Shown in pieces: positions 39,759 through 51,622 of a DNA stretch of 64,000 nt. The notes beneath the pieces are model-generated. The model was not told the origin of the DNA. It ran no database searches and was given only the letters and a program-made list of their open reading frames with translations. Position 1 is the stretch's first letter; every line of letters starts with the position of its first letter. Where the stretch lies: NCBI RefSeq assembly GCF_964204645.1, contig NC_134028.1:11269263-11333262 (forward strand), read 5' to 3'. Source of the DNA: Tubulanus polymorphus. Its lineage: Eukaryota > Animalia > Nemertea. The position numbers and the translations under genes are program-made.

Positions 39759-41132
39759 ATGGTAGATAGTTTTCCAAAAGCTTTTCAATATAACAAATCA
39801 ATTAAATATAATATTCCTGCAATAGATTTTAACAAAAATATTACATATAAAAATTTAGTTTTAAATTCATCAACTAATCTAGAAATTTATGTTACTGAAA
39901 CACAGTTTTTTATTTCTAAGATGGAAAATATATTTAATAAATATGAAGTTACTTTTACTTGAGATGAACATCATATATATAAAGTAAAATCTAATATGAA
40001 ATATTGGCAGAATCAATTAAATTTTGCTGTTTAATGTGCAACAACTGGTTGTGGTATAAGTTGGAATGATCATTTAAATAACTTAGATAAAAATTTGAAT
40101 TATTCTGATTTAAAATTAATTCACACAATATTTAGATTTCACACATATTTTCAAATCAGAATAATTTTAAATGAATTAGAATGTCCTTTACCCGGATCTA
40201 AATTGTTTAAAGAATTGGATAATAATATTAATCCATCTAAGTTTTTTAAAATATGTAATGAATTTAATATAAATATTAATTCTGATTTTAGAGTGCATGG
40301 TAAATTGCAAGGTATTGGTGAACAGTATGAAATAAAAAGAATTGATTATATGCATAGAATTGGAGCTTATCATAATTATAAAATTGATAATAATAATTGT
40401 TGGATTAATTTTATTTTAGAAAATAGTGAAGATTTTACTGAAGCTGGAATACAAAGAATAAATCAATCTATTAGAACTTATTTGATATGTATTTTAGGTG
40501 CGCAAGTTGAAACAAGATCACCAATAGTTGGAAATGATAACACTTCATTTGATACACAGAAACAATTCAAAGTATTATTTGAAGATTCCATTCATAATGA
40601 TAAAAATAGATTGATTCCAGAAAACATTGTAAGATATCAAAATTATTTAGATAAATCACATATTAGATTAAATTATTGTATAGGCCCTAATCTATTAATT
40701 ATTTATAATGATTTAGTATTAAAGATGGGAAATATAATTGGTTATAATAATCTAATTAAAACTGCAACAATAAATAATTCATTTGGATTGAATGATATAA
40801 ATAAAAAGATAATTACTGCTCCAAAATTAATGGAAGGTGAAAAAAATAAAAAACATATTCGATCAACAGAAACTAAAACTAATAATATAAAATTAAATAA
40901 TGATTCTAAACCGGATTACAATACTATTGAAAATGGTGCCGCACGGCACCCACACGGTGATATTAAAACTGATAATATTCAACATGAAATAATTAAACTA
41001 AATGATGATAATAAATCCCATGAAAATGCTAAATTAGCTATAACTTGTATAGGAATTGTAATCGGAGGAACATTATATTTTAAATTTCAATTTTTTTATT
41101 ATGTAAATGGCAGAAGGTGGAGAAGCTTATGA
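39759..41132 (+). pseudogene. Polinton protein of unknown function
   Basis: ORFs 39759 and 40095 are in frame across stops; WQNQLNFAV.CATTGCG, FRFHTYFQ, ILGAQVETRS; hydrophobic C-terminus. Confidence 0.7.
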
Positions 41133-42533
41133 AGTGGGAGAAATGGGAAATAATAATGATGATAATAATGATGATGATAATAATGATGCTGAAACTAATA
41201 TTGATAATGATGATGAAACAGCGTATAGTTCTAATTTAGGAAATAGTGGTTCTAATGCCCCATTAACAGCTGACTATGATAGAAGAACTAGATCGAGAAT
41301 AAATCCTGAAAATGAAAATTCAGATTTAGTAAAACAAAATTTAGAATATAATGAATATATTCATTATTTCCAACCTATATTTGGAAGATCTGGGTATAAT
41401 ATAAATGCCAGAGGCGCCAGACTTTTAGTACAAGAATTAAAATTTTTTTTAAGGTGAATTTCATTATCGTTTGAAAGATGATTATTATATTGATATCTCT
41501 TATAAAAAACTAAACAAAAAATTAGCAGAATCAACTTTGCTTAAGTTAGACCTATCTTGAATTAAAAGAATAAGAAATAGTAATGAAATAGAAAATGGTA
41601 CCAGCACAGAAATTATTAAAAATGAAAGAGTATTTAAACAAAGAATTAATGACTTATTTGAAACAATCAATAATAATTTAGAACCAGAAACAACTTCTGG
41701 TAAACTTAAATCAAATAAAGTTCCAATTGAAAAACTTTTACCAAATGGTTTACTTGATGCAACAGATCAAGAATTAGAAGATTTAGATATATTTTCTGAT
41801 AAAGCAATAAGAGAAATTATTAGTATAAGAAATGAAGCTGATAAATTTGCACATAATATAAGTATAAGAGATTTTAAAATTAGAACTTTAGAAAAAGATA
41901 GAACTGATAAAATTAAAGAAATAGAACAATTAAAATTAGATAGAGATAATAAAGTTATTGAAGAAATTGAATTTATAAAAAGAAATGCATATTTAGAAAA
42001 AGAAATAGATGATTTAGAATATAACAGAATTTCAGAAAGAAGAAATTAAATTATTATTAAAATTATATGATTATAATATTAATAGATTAAAAGTTATTTT
42101 TAAAAATTTGTTGATTAAACCAGATTCAGAAATATCATTGAAAGATAGAATAAAATTATTATTTAAGTTAGAAGGAATAACAATTCTTTCAATTCTAACG
42201 GCTGTAACTATGGTATTTACAACAATTGGTTTAGCTATATCAAATTCACTGAAATCTACACCATATCCTAATAAACCAGATAAACCCCCGAATGATAATA
42301 ATTCTATACAAGATAAAGTTAAGGATGGTTTAAAAAAATTAGCAAAATATTTATGGGAACTATCTAAAAAATCTGCTGCAGCTTTACCCGGAGTTATTGC
42401 ACCAATTGTTGGTTTTATATTGAAATCTGCAGGAAACATAATTAACTTTGCTGCTGAACATATTATTTTATTTTTAATTACAGTTGTAAGTGCTATTATT
42501 TTTGGGTTAGTGAATATGACAAAAAATAGATAA
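41107..42533 (+). pseudogene. Acidic N-terminus / coiled-coil / multi-hydrophobic-helix protein
   Basis: TAAATG start; frameshifted; C-terminal hydrophobic and amphipathic helices (AAALPGVIAPIVGFIL). Confidence 0.6.
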
Positions 42534-42553
42534 TTAATTTTTTTGTTAAATAA

Positions 42554-43796
42554 ATGAGTGGGAGTTATATAAATCCTTCTAAGAATCATAGAATATCTAA
42601 TGCTATTAAAGCAGAAAGATCTCATCATATAATTACTCATAACCCTTCCAATATTAATCCCGATGAAACTTTATAGAATCCCTAGATTATCAAAAAATAC
42701 TTTTTATGTTCCAAATAGTATTTATTTATCAGCTGATATAAAAGTAACTGGCAATAATAATAATTATATTGTTGATAGTGTTCGAAGATATTTGATTAAA
42801 AAATTAACTATAAAGATTGGTCCAGAAACAGTTTTCTCATTAGATGATTATAATTTATTTATGCATTATAAAGATTTATGGTTGACTAAAGAAGATAGAA
42901 ATAATATGATATTTCAAGGCATCCAATCAGAAAACCAAAATAAATTAAGATCAGGAGCTAATGACGCAATAGTAACTCGTACCGCAGATAATTTGATTAA
43001 AAAGATTTATGGAAGCAAATATCAAATTCCATTAAAGTTTGAATTGATAAATAATAATGCACCTTTGTATAAATACGCAATACAAGAAGATGTTATATTC
43101 GAAATAACATTTGCTCCTGTAAATGAAATTGTATTATCTAGCGTTGTTAAAGATATGGGTTATAAATTATCAAATATATGTTTAGAATATGATACAGTAA
43201 CTGATGAAAATATTGCTAACACAATTCAAACTCAATACAATCAAGGATTTTCATCATTATATGATTATATTGATAAATTTAAAACTGTAACTATTAATGC
43301 AAGTGATGAAATAATTAATGAGAATATTAACTTCCCAAGAAGATCTATTAAAGGTATATTAATATTTTTCACAACTGCAACATATTCTACTGGCGCAATA
43401 CAGGTCGATAATTATCATAATCCTGAAATAACAAAAGTAGTAATAACTATCGAAGGAATAGCAAATAAAATATTTTGTCAATCAATGAGAATGATAGATC
43501 AATGGCCAGAAATTAGAAAACATTTTATGAATGAAAAAGTAAAATCATCTGAAAATTGTAATATTAATCAAATTGATTATTATACCGGCAATAAATATGC
43601 ATTATGGTTAGATTTCAGAACAACAGAGGATAATTCATTACATGGTTCTGGGAAAAAACTACAGAACACTAAAGATGGAATACAATTATTCATGAAAAAG
43701 AAAAAAGGAATCAAAAATTTTAAAATGCACATTTATATTATATCTGACGCGAAATTAAATATTGTAAATTCTCAATTAGGTAGTATTCAATATTAG
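42554..43796 (+). pseudogene. Major capsid protein (double jelly-roll) candidate
   Basis: ~410 codons with one frameshift near 42675; INPSKNHR..ITHNPSNINP, LSNICLEYD, NINFPRRSIKGIL, YALWLDFRTTEDNSLHGSG resemble Polinton MCPs. Confidence 0.8.
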
Positions 43797-43826
43797 AAAT
43801 ATTAAGTTAAAATTAACAATATATAA

Positions 43827-44953
43827 ACGGGTGGTAAAAAAACTCCTAAAACTAAAGAACAATATTTAAGAAATTTATATTACAACCCTGAGAGTTCGGT
43901 TGCTTATTCTTCTGTAAAAATTATATGGCGTCAAGTAAAACAAGATAAATTAGTTAAGATAATCCCACAAGATTTAGTTAAATATAAAGATATAAATGAA
44001 TTTATGTCAGAACAACCAACATATACAACACATAAAAAAATTGTTAGAAAATATAAAACTCGTAAAACTATGGTAAGTTATGTAGATCAACAGTGGCAAG
44101 GAGATTTAATTGATATGAAAAATGTGAAGAAAGATAATGATGATTATTCGTGGATATTGAATATGATTGATATTTTTAGTCGTTATGTATGGAGCTTCCC
44201 ACTTTACAGAAAAGATGCTGTACAAACATCAAATGTTTTAAGAAAATTTCTTTCGGATGATAAACTAAAACCAGAAAAAATACAATTTGATGATGGAAAA
44301 GAATTTGATAATTCACTAGTTCATGAACTCTTAGATAATCATAATATTAGATATTTTTCAACAAAATCGGATAAAAAAGCAGCAGTTGTTGAACGATTTA
44401 ATAGAACATTAAGAACAAGAATGTGGAAATATTTTACAGCAAATAATACTTTTAAATGGATTGATGTTTTACCAAAATTGATAGAAGGTTATAATAATTC
44501 TTACCATTCTTCTATTGGAATGAAACCTATTGATGCTAGAAAACCTGAAAATGCTGAAATTGTTTGGAATAATTTATATGGAGCATTTCTCGTAGATGAT
44601 TTTGGAGAACCTAAATTTAAGTTGGTCAAAATGTTAAAATTTCTAAGTATAAAAAGATATTTGACAGAGGATACGATCGTAATTTTACTAGAGAAATATA
44701 TAAAATAAAAAAGGTAATAACAACAAAACCATATGCCTATAAATTAGAAGATTTAGATGGTGAAGAAGTTGATGGGTACGTTTATGAAGAAGAATTAAGT
44801 TTAACTACTGAAAATCTAGAACAAGAATATAAAATTGAAAAAGTGTTAAAAACAAAAACTATTAAAAGAAAAAAATATTCTTTGGTAAAATGGGTTGGAT
44901 GGCCAGATAAATTTAATGAATGGATATTATCAAGTAAAATTAAAAATATATAA
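43827..44953 (+). pseudogene. Retroviral-like (rve) integrase with C-terminal chromodomain
   Basis: WQGDLIDM, IDIFSRY, QFDDGKEF, VERFNRTL; YKIEKVLK..LVKWVGWPDKFNEWI. Start appears mutated (TAAACG); frameshifts after 44620. Confidence 0.92.
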
Positions 44954-45544
44954 ATGAATAAGGAATTATTTATATTTGAGCCTCATAATATGTTAATTTC
45001 TGGCGTAAAAAATTGTGGAAAAACTTATTTTATATTAAATTTATTAGAAACTATTTATAAAAACTATTTTGATAAAATAGTATTATTTTGTCCAACATAT
45101 GAATTTAATCAAACTTATGATAGAAATATTACTAGAAATAATAAATTTATTATATTTAATCCTAAAACAGTTAAAGAAAATTTAGATGATTGTATTAAAA
45201 TAGCAATTGATATATATAAAGGATCTAATACATTATTTATCATAGATGATTGTGCTAATCTACATGATTCAAAAGTTAGAGAAAGTGAGTTATGCTATTT
45301 AGCTTTTTCTGGGAGACATTTTGGGATAACAACATGGGTTTTAAATCAAAAATATAATTCAATTGTTAAAGATTTTAGAGAAAACATTAGATTTCTAGTT
45401 TTATTCTACAATAAAGATAGAAAATCGATGAAAAATGCACTTGAGGAAAATGATATTATTCCACATGATTTACACAATGAATATATGGATAAATTGAAAA
45501 ATAATAAAAGATCAAAATTACGATTACAGCACCCATTTAAATAA
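44954..45544 (+). CDS. A32/FtsK-like packaging ATPase
   Basis: Walker A GVKNCGKT, Walker B FIIDD, SGRH, LNQ. Confidence 0.92.
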   Translation: MNKELFIFEPHNMLISGVKNCGKTYFILNLLETIYKNYFDKIVLFCPTYEFNQTYDRNITRNNKFIIFNPKTVKENLDDCIKIAIDIYKGSNTLFIIDDCANLHDSKVRESELCYLAFSGRHFGITTWVLNQKYNSIVKDFRENIRFLVLFYNKDRKSMKNALEENDIIPHDLHNEYMDKLKNNKRSKLRLQHPFK

Positions 45545-45556
45545 GAATTTATTTAA

Positions 45557-45743
45557 ATTCAACTAGCTTGTTAATCTAGTATATTTTAGTTACATTCTAG
45601 TTGAATTCTAGTTGTTAGTAGTTGAAACACAAATCAAATAAAATTCAACAAGAAATAAATAAAAACAACAATATTTCAACTAGCTTGTTAATCTAGTTGA
45701 ATTCTAGTTACATTCTAGTTGAATTCTAGTTTAATTCTAGTTG
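45557..45743. repeat. Intergenic CTAG-rich direct repeats
   Basis: TTCAACTAGCTTGTTAATCTAGT twice plus several (GA)ATTCTAGTT units. Confidence 0.7.
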
Positions 45744-45774
45744 CAACAACACAACTAATTTGTTTGTTATGTAA

Positions 45775-46664
45775 ATGGGAGGGGAAAAGAAAATAAAATC
45801 TAAAAATAGTGATGTTCCAATTGAAAAAACTTAAGATGATTTAGGAATAACAGAAACAAAATTAACTCCAGATGATGGTGCTTTAAATAATGTTACAACA
45901 AATAATAATTATGAATATTATCTTTACTGCAAACATCAATTAGAAATATTAATAGCATCTAGGAAATGTAAAAATTTTATCGGTAAAAATTTAACTTATA
46001 ATGAATTAGATACAATGAAATCAGATGAAATTATTAGATTATTTAAGATTTATGAAACTGCGAGAACAGCTAGAATTAATGATGCGATATCAGAAAATGT
46101 AGTAAGAGGTTACAGTAAATTATGTAAATACATGCTACCAATTGAAGATGAAAATAGATTATATTCCGATTTAAAAAATGATTATTTAGTTATGACTGAA
46201 TTAAATAAATGGATTGGATATTTATCATTTCAATTAGGTGGATTTATGACATTATTATCAACTGGAGTTATAACATTTTCAAATATTGAATGTAAAAACT
46301 TTTCTATAATAAATGAGCAAGGTGGAAGAAGTGAAGAAAAAACCGAGAAATCCGAAACAAATTGAATGGTCTCGACAATTAGGAATTAAATCACAAGAAT
46401 ATAAAAAAGCTGTAAAAGAAAAATAAGTAATGAAAACGTTAATAAAAATGGTGAAAATATTGTTATTTCTACTCCTTCTAATAATAGAATATTTGATAAA
46501 TATCTATATTTTGCAGCTGGATTTGTAATTGTATTCATTTTGATTGGGTGTAGTTGGTATAAGAAATCAAATAAAATTTATGATATTTATAATTCTGAAA
46601 CAACTGCTATTAAAAATGAAAATACTTCTGGAATTCCAAAATTGACAATAAAAAAATGGATTAA
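45775..46664 (+). pseudogene. Polinton genes X (45775-46365) and Y (46313-46664)
   Basis: YYLYCKH, LYSDLKNDYLVMTEL; Y has PKQIEWSRQLG plus a TM helix; homologous to genes in copies A-C. Confidence 0.75.
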
Positions 46665-46860
46665 TATTTTAGAAAAAAGCAAACAATTTTTTTTAATTAA
46701 TTGAATATCACCTTGTGGGTTCCGTACGGCACCATCTCACTACTTTAACTATCACTGTGTGGGTGCCGTTTATGGCACCATCTCCGCGGAGCAATTGAAT
46801 TGTCCAGATAAGTCATTTCGGATTCTAGATATTCATTATTTTTATTATCAATTTATTTTT

Positions 46861-47186
46861 TTAATCAATAATTTCTAAATCATGATGACCATCTTCATTT
46901 TTTCCAGGATAGATTATTTCAAATCCTTCTAAATCTTTTAATTCCTCTGTACTCAATGCAACCCATTTATCAGGTAAAAATACTTTAAATTCTTGCGATG
47001 TACTAACATTACAGTAACTTAAATTCGCTGATACTTTCTCTCCATATTTAGTTTTTATCTTTTCTAATTTCAATATTTTATGTTCAATTTCTTTTGTAAC
47101 ATCAACTAACTTTTTTATTTCAAATTGGTTTTTGCTGGTTTTATTCTGTTACTTATTGTTGCTAAGAATGTTTTTCTATCTCCCAT
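46861..47186 (-). pseudogene. Small beta-rich protein (possible OB-fold), start codon inside right TIR
   Basis: KLEKIKTKYGEKVSANL..FKVFLPDKW; frameshift near 47120; fold is a guess. Confidence 0.45.
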
Positions 47187-47271
47187 TTATAAGAAAAAAA
47201 AATTACTTGTGGTGATGAGAGGTGTCTCGTCCTCTCGTCCTCTGGTCTGAAAGCCCACTTTTCCAATTACT
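47179..47271 (-). repeat. Polinton right TIR
   Basis: Reverse complement of 26712-26804. Confidence 0.97.
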
Positions 47272-47469
47272 CACGCGTTCAGCAGAAGCAATGTATACAC
47301 TGAACAGGTGCGCGAACATCAAAATCATCAATTCTGACTAAATTGAATAGATTTTTCCAATTATGAAATTACCTAGCCTTATTGTATACTATAATATATC
47401 GTTTAGCGTAAAAAGTAGAAAATCTTTTAAAAAGTGTCAGTTACCCTTTAAAGCAATCGGTGGGATCTC

Positions 47470-47545
47470 GTCGAGCTCAGTGGTCTAGTGGGGAAACGTT
47501 ACGCTAGCAATCAATTGACCCGGTTTCGAGTCTCACTCAGTACAT
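47470..47545 (+). repeat. tRNA-derived SINE-like head
   Basis: A-box-like TGGTCTAGTGG and B-box-like GGTTTCGAGTC; no complete cloverleaf. Confidence 0.35.
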
Positions 47546-48012
47546 TCTATTTTCTCTTCATCATCTTTGATCCACTATCGTTGAATTTTCCCAAGTCGTA
47601 CACCTTCATGCGCATGCGTTAGAGCCACCCAATTGGAATTAGACCTAAGCTCCCACTAGCCTACAAAAGGTGGTTGTGAGTCATACGATATAGTCACACC
47701 CCCCAAAAAAATCGCCCCCTCCGATATTGTTACAATATCAAACACTGAAATTCAATCCTTTGTTAAATTGGTAGCCAGTGTAGATGAGCAAGTATCGTGG
47801 TCCCTAAAATTAAACGCATTCGGTTATTAGTTCCGACTACTAGTCGACTAGATGAGATTCATACTCTACAAGTGTCTGCTCATACCCAGTCGCTGATACC
47901 CAAGGCGTTTTTATTTAAGCAACTCGTCATAACGCGCGTTATCTGCTGCGTATGTTAGCGTATCCATAATCGAATTCGCTTGAATAAACGGCCGCCGCGT
48001 TGCTGCAACAAA

Positions 48013-49447
48013 ATGGCGGACCAGGAAGTAAACGTGCGGCGTGAAATCGCACGTAACAATTTATGTACTTTTATGATAGATGAATGTTTCAGTGTACCGG
48101 ATACGCGCTCTTGCGTAGGCCTATACCATTGTCGAAAAAGAAAATTATTCGAGGACGACGTAATTGACGAATTTAAGGTTACTGAAGAACTCAAATATCT
48201 AAAAGAAAAAAAAATACCTCGAATTTAAAACTTTCTGTCTGCAATTATCAGTAGATATACACCGGACGATTTCAAGGCTCGATTTAGAATTAGCAGAACG
48301 ACCCTTGATGTCCTGAAAGACCATGTCATCCCTATACTCGCTGCTGACAGGGAAAGAAACTCTTGTATATCGTACGAAAAACAAATGTTGATTTATGTTT
48401 ATTATTGTGCTACTCAAGACCCGTTGATAAGAGTGGCTGACGTATTTGGAGTTTGTGAAGCTTCAGTCTTTAAGATAATTGGTGAGTTCGTTGTTTGATT
48501 ATTTTTCTGAGAACTGTAGCCGACACCTTAAGAGTTGATATTGATCAAGAGATAAATGCAGAAAAAATTAAAATATGACTTGCTACATATTGTCTATTCT
48601 TCCAGCCACCATCAGCCAAGTCATGAACACCAAGCTGCTGAAGAAATTTATTAAGTGGCCGACTGGTGACAATATTTATCAAGTTTTTCGTGGATTTGAG
48701 CAAATGCGACAATTTCCAAAGTATCGTCTAATACCACTCTGATTTTGTAGAATAATCATAATGACCAATTGTGTTTATAAAACGTTCTCTTCTTAATTTT
48801 AAAAGGTAATTGGTGCTCTGGATGGTACACACATTCCTATTAAGACACCGGTAAAGGACCCAGAGACGTTTCTTAACCGTAAGAAATACCATTCGATAAA
48901 TGTTGCCGCCATATGTGATCATCGGATGATTTTCACGTATGTCTATGTTGGATGGCCAGGTTCGACACATGATTCCCGAGTGTTCAAAAACTCCAAACCT
49001 GGACTTGCTTGTGAAGATCTTGAGAAGCGACGTAAGCTTTTTCCAGAAAATAGCCATTTATTGGCAGACTCGGCCTATGAATTGAGTGATGTCATACTAA
49101 CACCATTCCGAGATACCGGTGGACTAGAAAGATTAGAAAAGAACTACAACTTTCTACACAGTTCTACCCGAATGAGGATCGAAAATGCTTTTGCCTTATT
49201 GAAAGGCCGTTTGCGCCGACTTAAATATATTGATATGCATGACCCAAACAGACTGGTAGATTTTATAATAAGTTCTTTTGTCTTGCACAATATCTGTTTG
49301 TTAAGTAGTGACTCAGTGGAAGATTATTTAAATGAAGGTGATGAAGAACAAATCGATGATGATAATGTTACTCATGGAAATGAACCTCTTCCATCAGCCA
49401 TTGCAAAACGTCGTGCTATTGCAGTAATCCTAGAAGTATTCGAGTAG
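48013..49447 (+). pseudogene. Harbinger transposon 2 DDE transposase (spliced, frameshifted)
   Basis: FKARFRISR; introns ~48482-48604 and ~48721-48806; VIGALDGTH, GWPGSTHDSRV, ADSAY, IENAFALLKGR. Confidence 0.88.
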
Positions 49448-49613
49448 GTTCAAAAGATTTCAAAAATCAATGCGTACGTGTCTCTGTAAGATCCAAAGTA
49501 ATTTTTCAGTTGTGTATAATGATTATGATACAATGTATGAAAATACAATGCTCTCTTCCAAATTACACAGATTTTCTTTTCCATTTTGCATGTGGTGGAG
49601 ACTTGCAGTAATA

Positions 49614-49776
49614 CAGTAGACTCCCGTCAGCTCAAATTGAATGGCGAAAGCTGATTACAAAATCATTCGGTTAAATGGATTTTGAGTTCGAGAGTTCTAT
49701 AGAAAACATAGGAGACAGGAAAAAAATTAATGACTTGCCAAGTTGAGTGTATTTTAGGTTTGAGGGGAATCTACTG
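49614..49776. mobile_element. Tc1/pogo-like MITE
   Basis: TA|CAGTAGACTCCC ... GGGAATCTACTG; right TA not intact. Confidence 0.45.
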
Positions 49777-50377
49777 AGTACAGCGTGTTGAAAACAGGGA
49801 AAATAATCCCGTGTTAAGTGATGAGCTCTCCATGTAAATCCTGATCTAAATTTGATTTCGGGGTATATTTTTCATTGATACATATATGTAATTAGCTGCA
49901 TGTAGTACAGAATATGAAGCAGCTCAAGACTAAATTAGATTCCTCTCCCTTAAAACACCAGATCTACCCTTGCTTCCTGGATCCCAGGAATGATGATCCT
50001 CTTAGTATACTTAATATACGGCCACGAAAGAAACTACAAATGGACGGATTGAGGCTAATAGCTGTCAACAAAGGGACCATGATTTTAAGGATAGAACCTA
50101 TTAAATGAATGAATTTTACTACATCGAATTACTCAAATCAACTTTATTTTTCTTGTTTCTAGACAAGATGAACCTGCATTGTGTTTGAAAGACAATCGGT
50201 CGTCCCATATAATATACAGATGAAATATATATAAAAATTTAAAAATCTAGACATCACTTGAACAGAAAATTTAACTAACAAAATGCTTACGCTTGCACAG
50301 AAAATAAAATTCATAAAATGCTAACATCTGCATTAAAATACAAAACTGATATTTGGTCCTATTTCACTTTCTCTTTT

Positions 50378-51238
50378 TTAGAATTTATCTACTAGTTTTT
50401 GAAGGAGGTCTAACTTTTTCACCTCTGTTGCCCTCAGCAAATCTAATTAGGGTTTTTTTGCTTTCGTCGAAAACCCTCTTGAAATTCTGTTGATTATTAT
50501 TATTATTATATATTTTCCGCCGATTTCGTCAAATAAATTTCATCTTCATTCAGATTCGGCAACTGACAGCTTCGAAACGAAATGTATAAATTGATACTGT
50601 AATAACGGTCTCTCTGAACCAACAGATTGTCTGAATGTACTTTCCATCCTATTTGAAACTTGAAATTACTTATTAGGTTACTGTAAATGAAGAATTGAAT
50701 TGAATTGTTAGACAACAAGCACCGGCGAAATAACAGTTTGTGACGTCATTTAGTAAGTAAATAAAGGAGGGCTCCGAGAATTTCCAAATCACGGGTGACT
50801 ATACTGGGGTTAGACCATTCAACCAAAAAGAGGATTGCTCCGATAATATCCAAATCATCTCATTTTATTTTTTCCATCGAATACCCGGTAATTAATTTTT
50901 CCTTTCGATCACATGCATCCAGAAAACCCGTTATCGCTGCTTTGCAGCTATATTTTTTGTTTTTCAATCTCCATGATCTGTTGATGTTGCGTTTCCATTT
51001 GATGAGACAATTTCTCATTTTCCTCCAATTTCTGTTGATGGAAACTTTCGAGTGATTTCAATACTTTTGATTTCTTTGGTGTTTGGACACTTTTAAGTTT
51101 ATACGAAGCGGGCAAACTATCAAACAGATCATTTTCGGTGTCAGTAGAAGACCCTCTATCATTTGGTTCATCGGAAAAGGAATCCGAAATGACATCTGGA
51201 TGGGTGTTTTGTTTCGCACCAAAAATATTGTCCAACTC
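50378..51238 (-). pseudogene. Harbinger 2 Myb/SANT-type gene, 3' part only
   Basis: ELDNIFGAK..EKQK/LDLLRATEVKKLDLLQKLVDKF*; convergent with the transposase; split by 50447-50957 and cut at 51239 by copy B. Confidence 0.7.
50447..50957 (-). mobile_element. Helentron/HINE-like insertion (same family as 3416-9878)
   Basis: Same terminal motif, hairpin and (ATT)n; inserted in a T-run without a TSD; removal restores the Myb-gene frame. Confidence 0.75.
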
Positions 51239-51390
51239 AGTAATAGGGGTAATAGGCTTTCATACCAAAGGTCGAGAGGTCGAGAAAGTAAAAAAATAAA
51301 AAATAAATTCTCGCACACTCGAATTTATTTTTTATTTTTACTCACTCGCCCCTTCAACCTTTGATATGAAAGCCTATTACCCCTATTACT
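51239..51390. repeat. Terminal palindrome of copy B
   Basis: AGTAATAGGGGTAATAGGCTTTCATA ... TATGAAAGCCTATTACCCCTATTACT. Confidence 0.9.
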
Positions 51391-51622
51391 CTTAAAATAT
51401 TCATATACATGAATAACATTTAAATTGATAGATTATTCAATATAAAAGTGTGAGCTCTTATAGAATAGATATATAGATATATTTTAAACATTATTTCAAT
51501 ATTTATATTTGTATGAGTTAGATTTTTAAACGTTAAAAGTGTTAGTAAAGTGTGATTGAAATAATACATATATAAATCATTGAACTTCTAAAATCAATTA
51601 AGTAAAAAAATATGTATAATAA

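Larger units (their letters stand above)
26712..47271 (+). mobile_element. Polinton/Maverick, structurally complete, decayed
   Basis: 93-bp TIRs with AGT..ACT termini; TSD CACGCG at 26706-26711 and 47272-47277; pPolB, penton, MCP, integrase, ATPase. Confidence 0.97.
26467..47447. mobile_element. Kolobok/T2-like MITE (~0.4 kb) split by the Polinton
   Basis: TTAA|AGGGTAACTGCACTTT at 26467 and AAAGTGTCAGTTACCCT|TTAA ending 47447. Confidence 0.75.

Noticed and set aside
42071-42640. Antisense ORFs over real genes (also 17958-18422, 39364-39660, 60449-60904)
   Set aside because: Shadow frames of coding sequence on the opposite strand.
26797-47186. Alternative genetic code or programmed recoding to explain the stops
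   Set aside because: Stops of all three types plus scattered frameshifts fit neutral decay or sequencing error.
47880-48012. Defined left TIR of Harbinger 2
   Set aside because: The right end is deleted, so no TIR/TSD pair can be confirmed.
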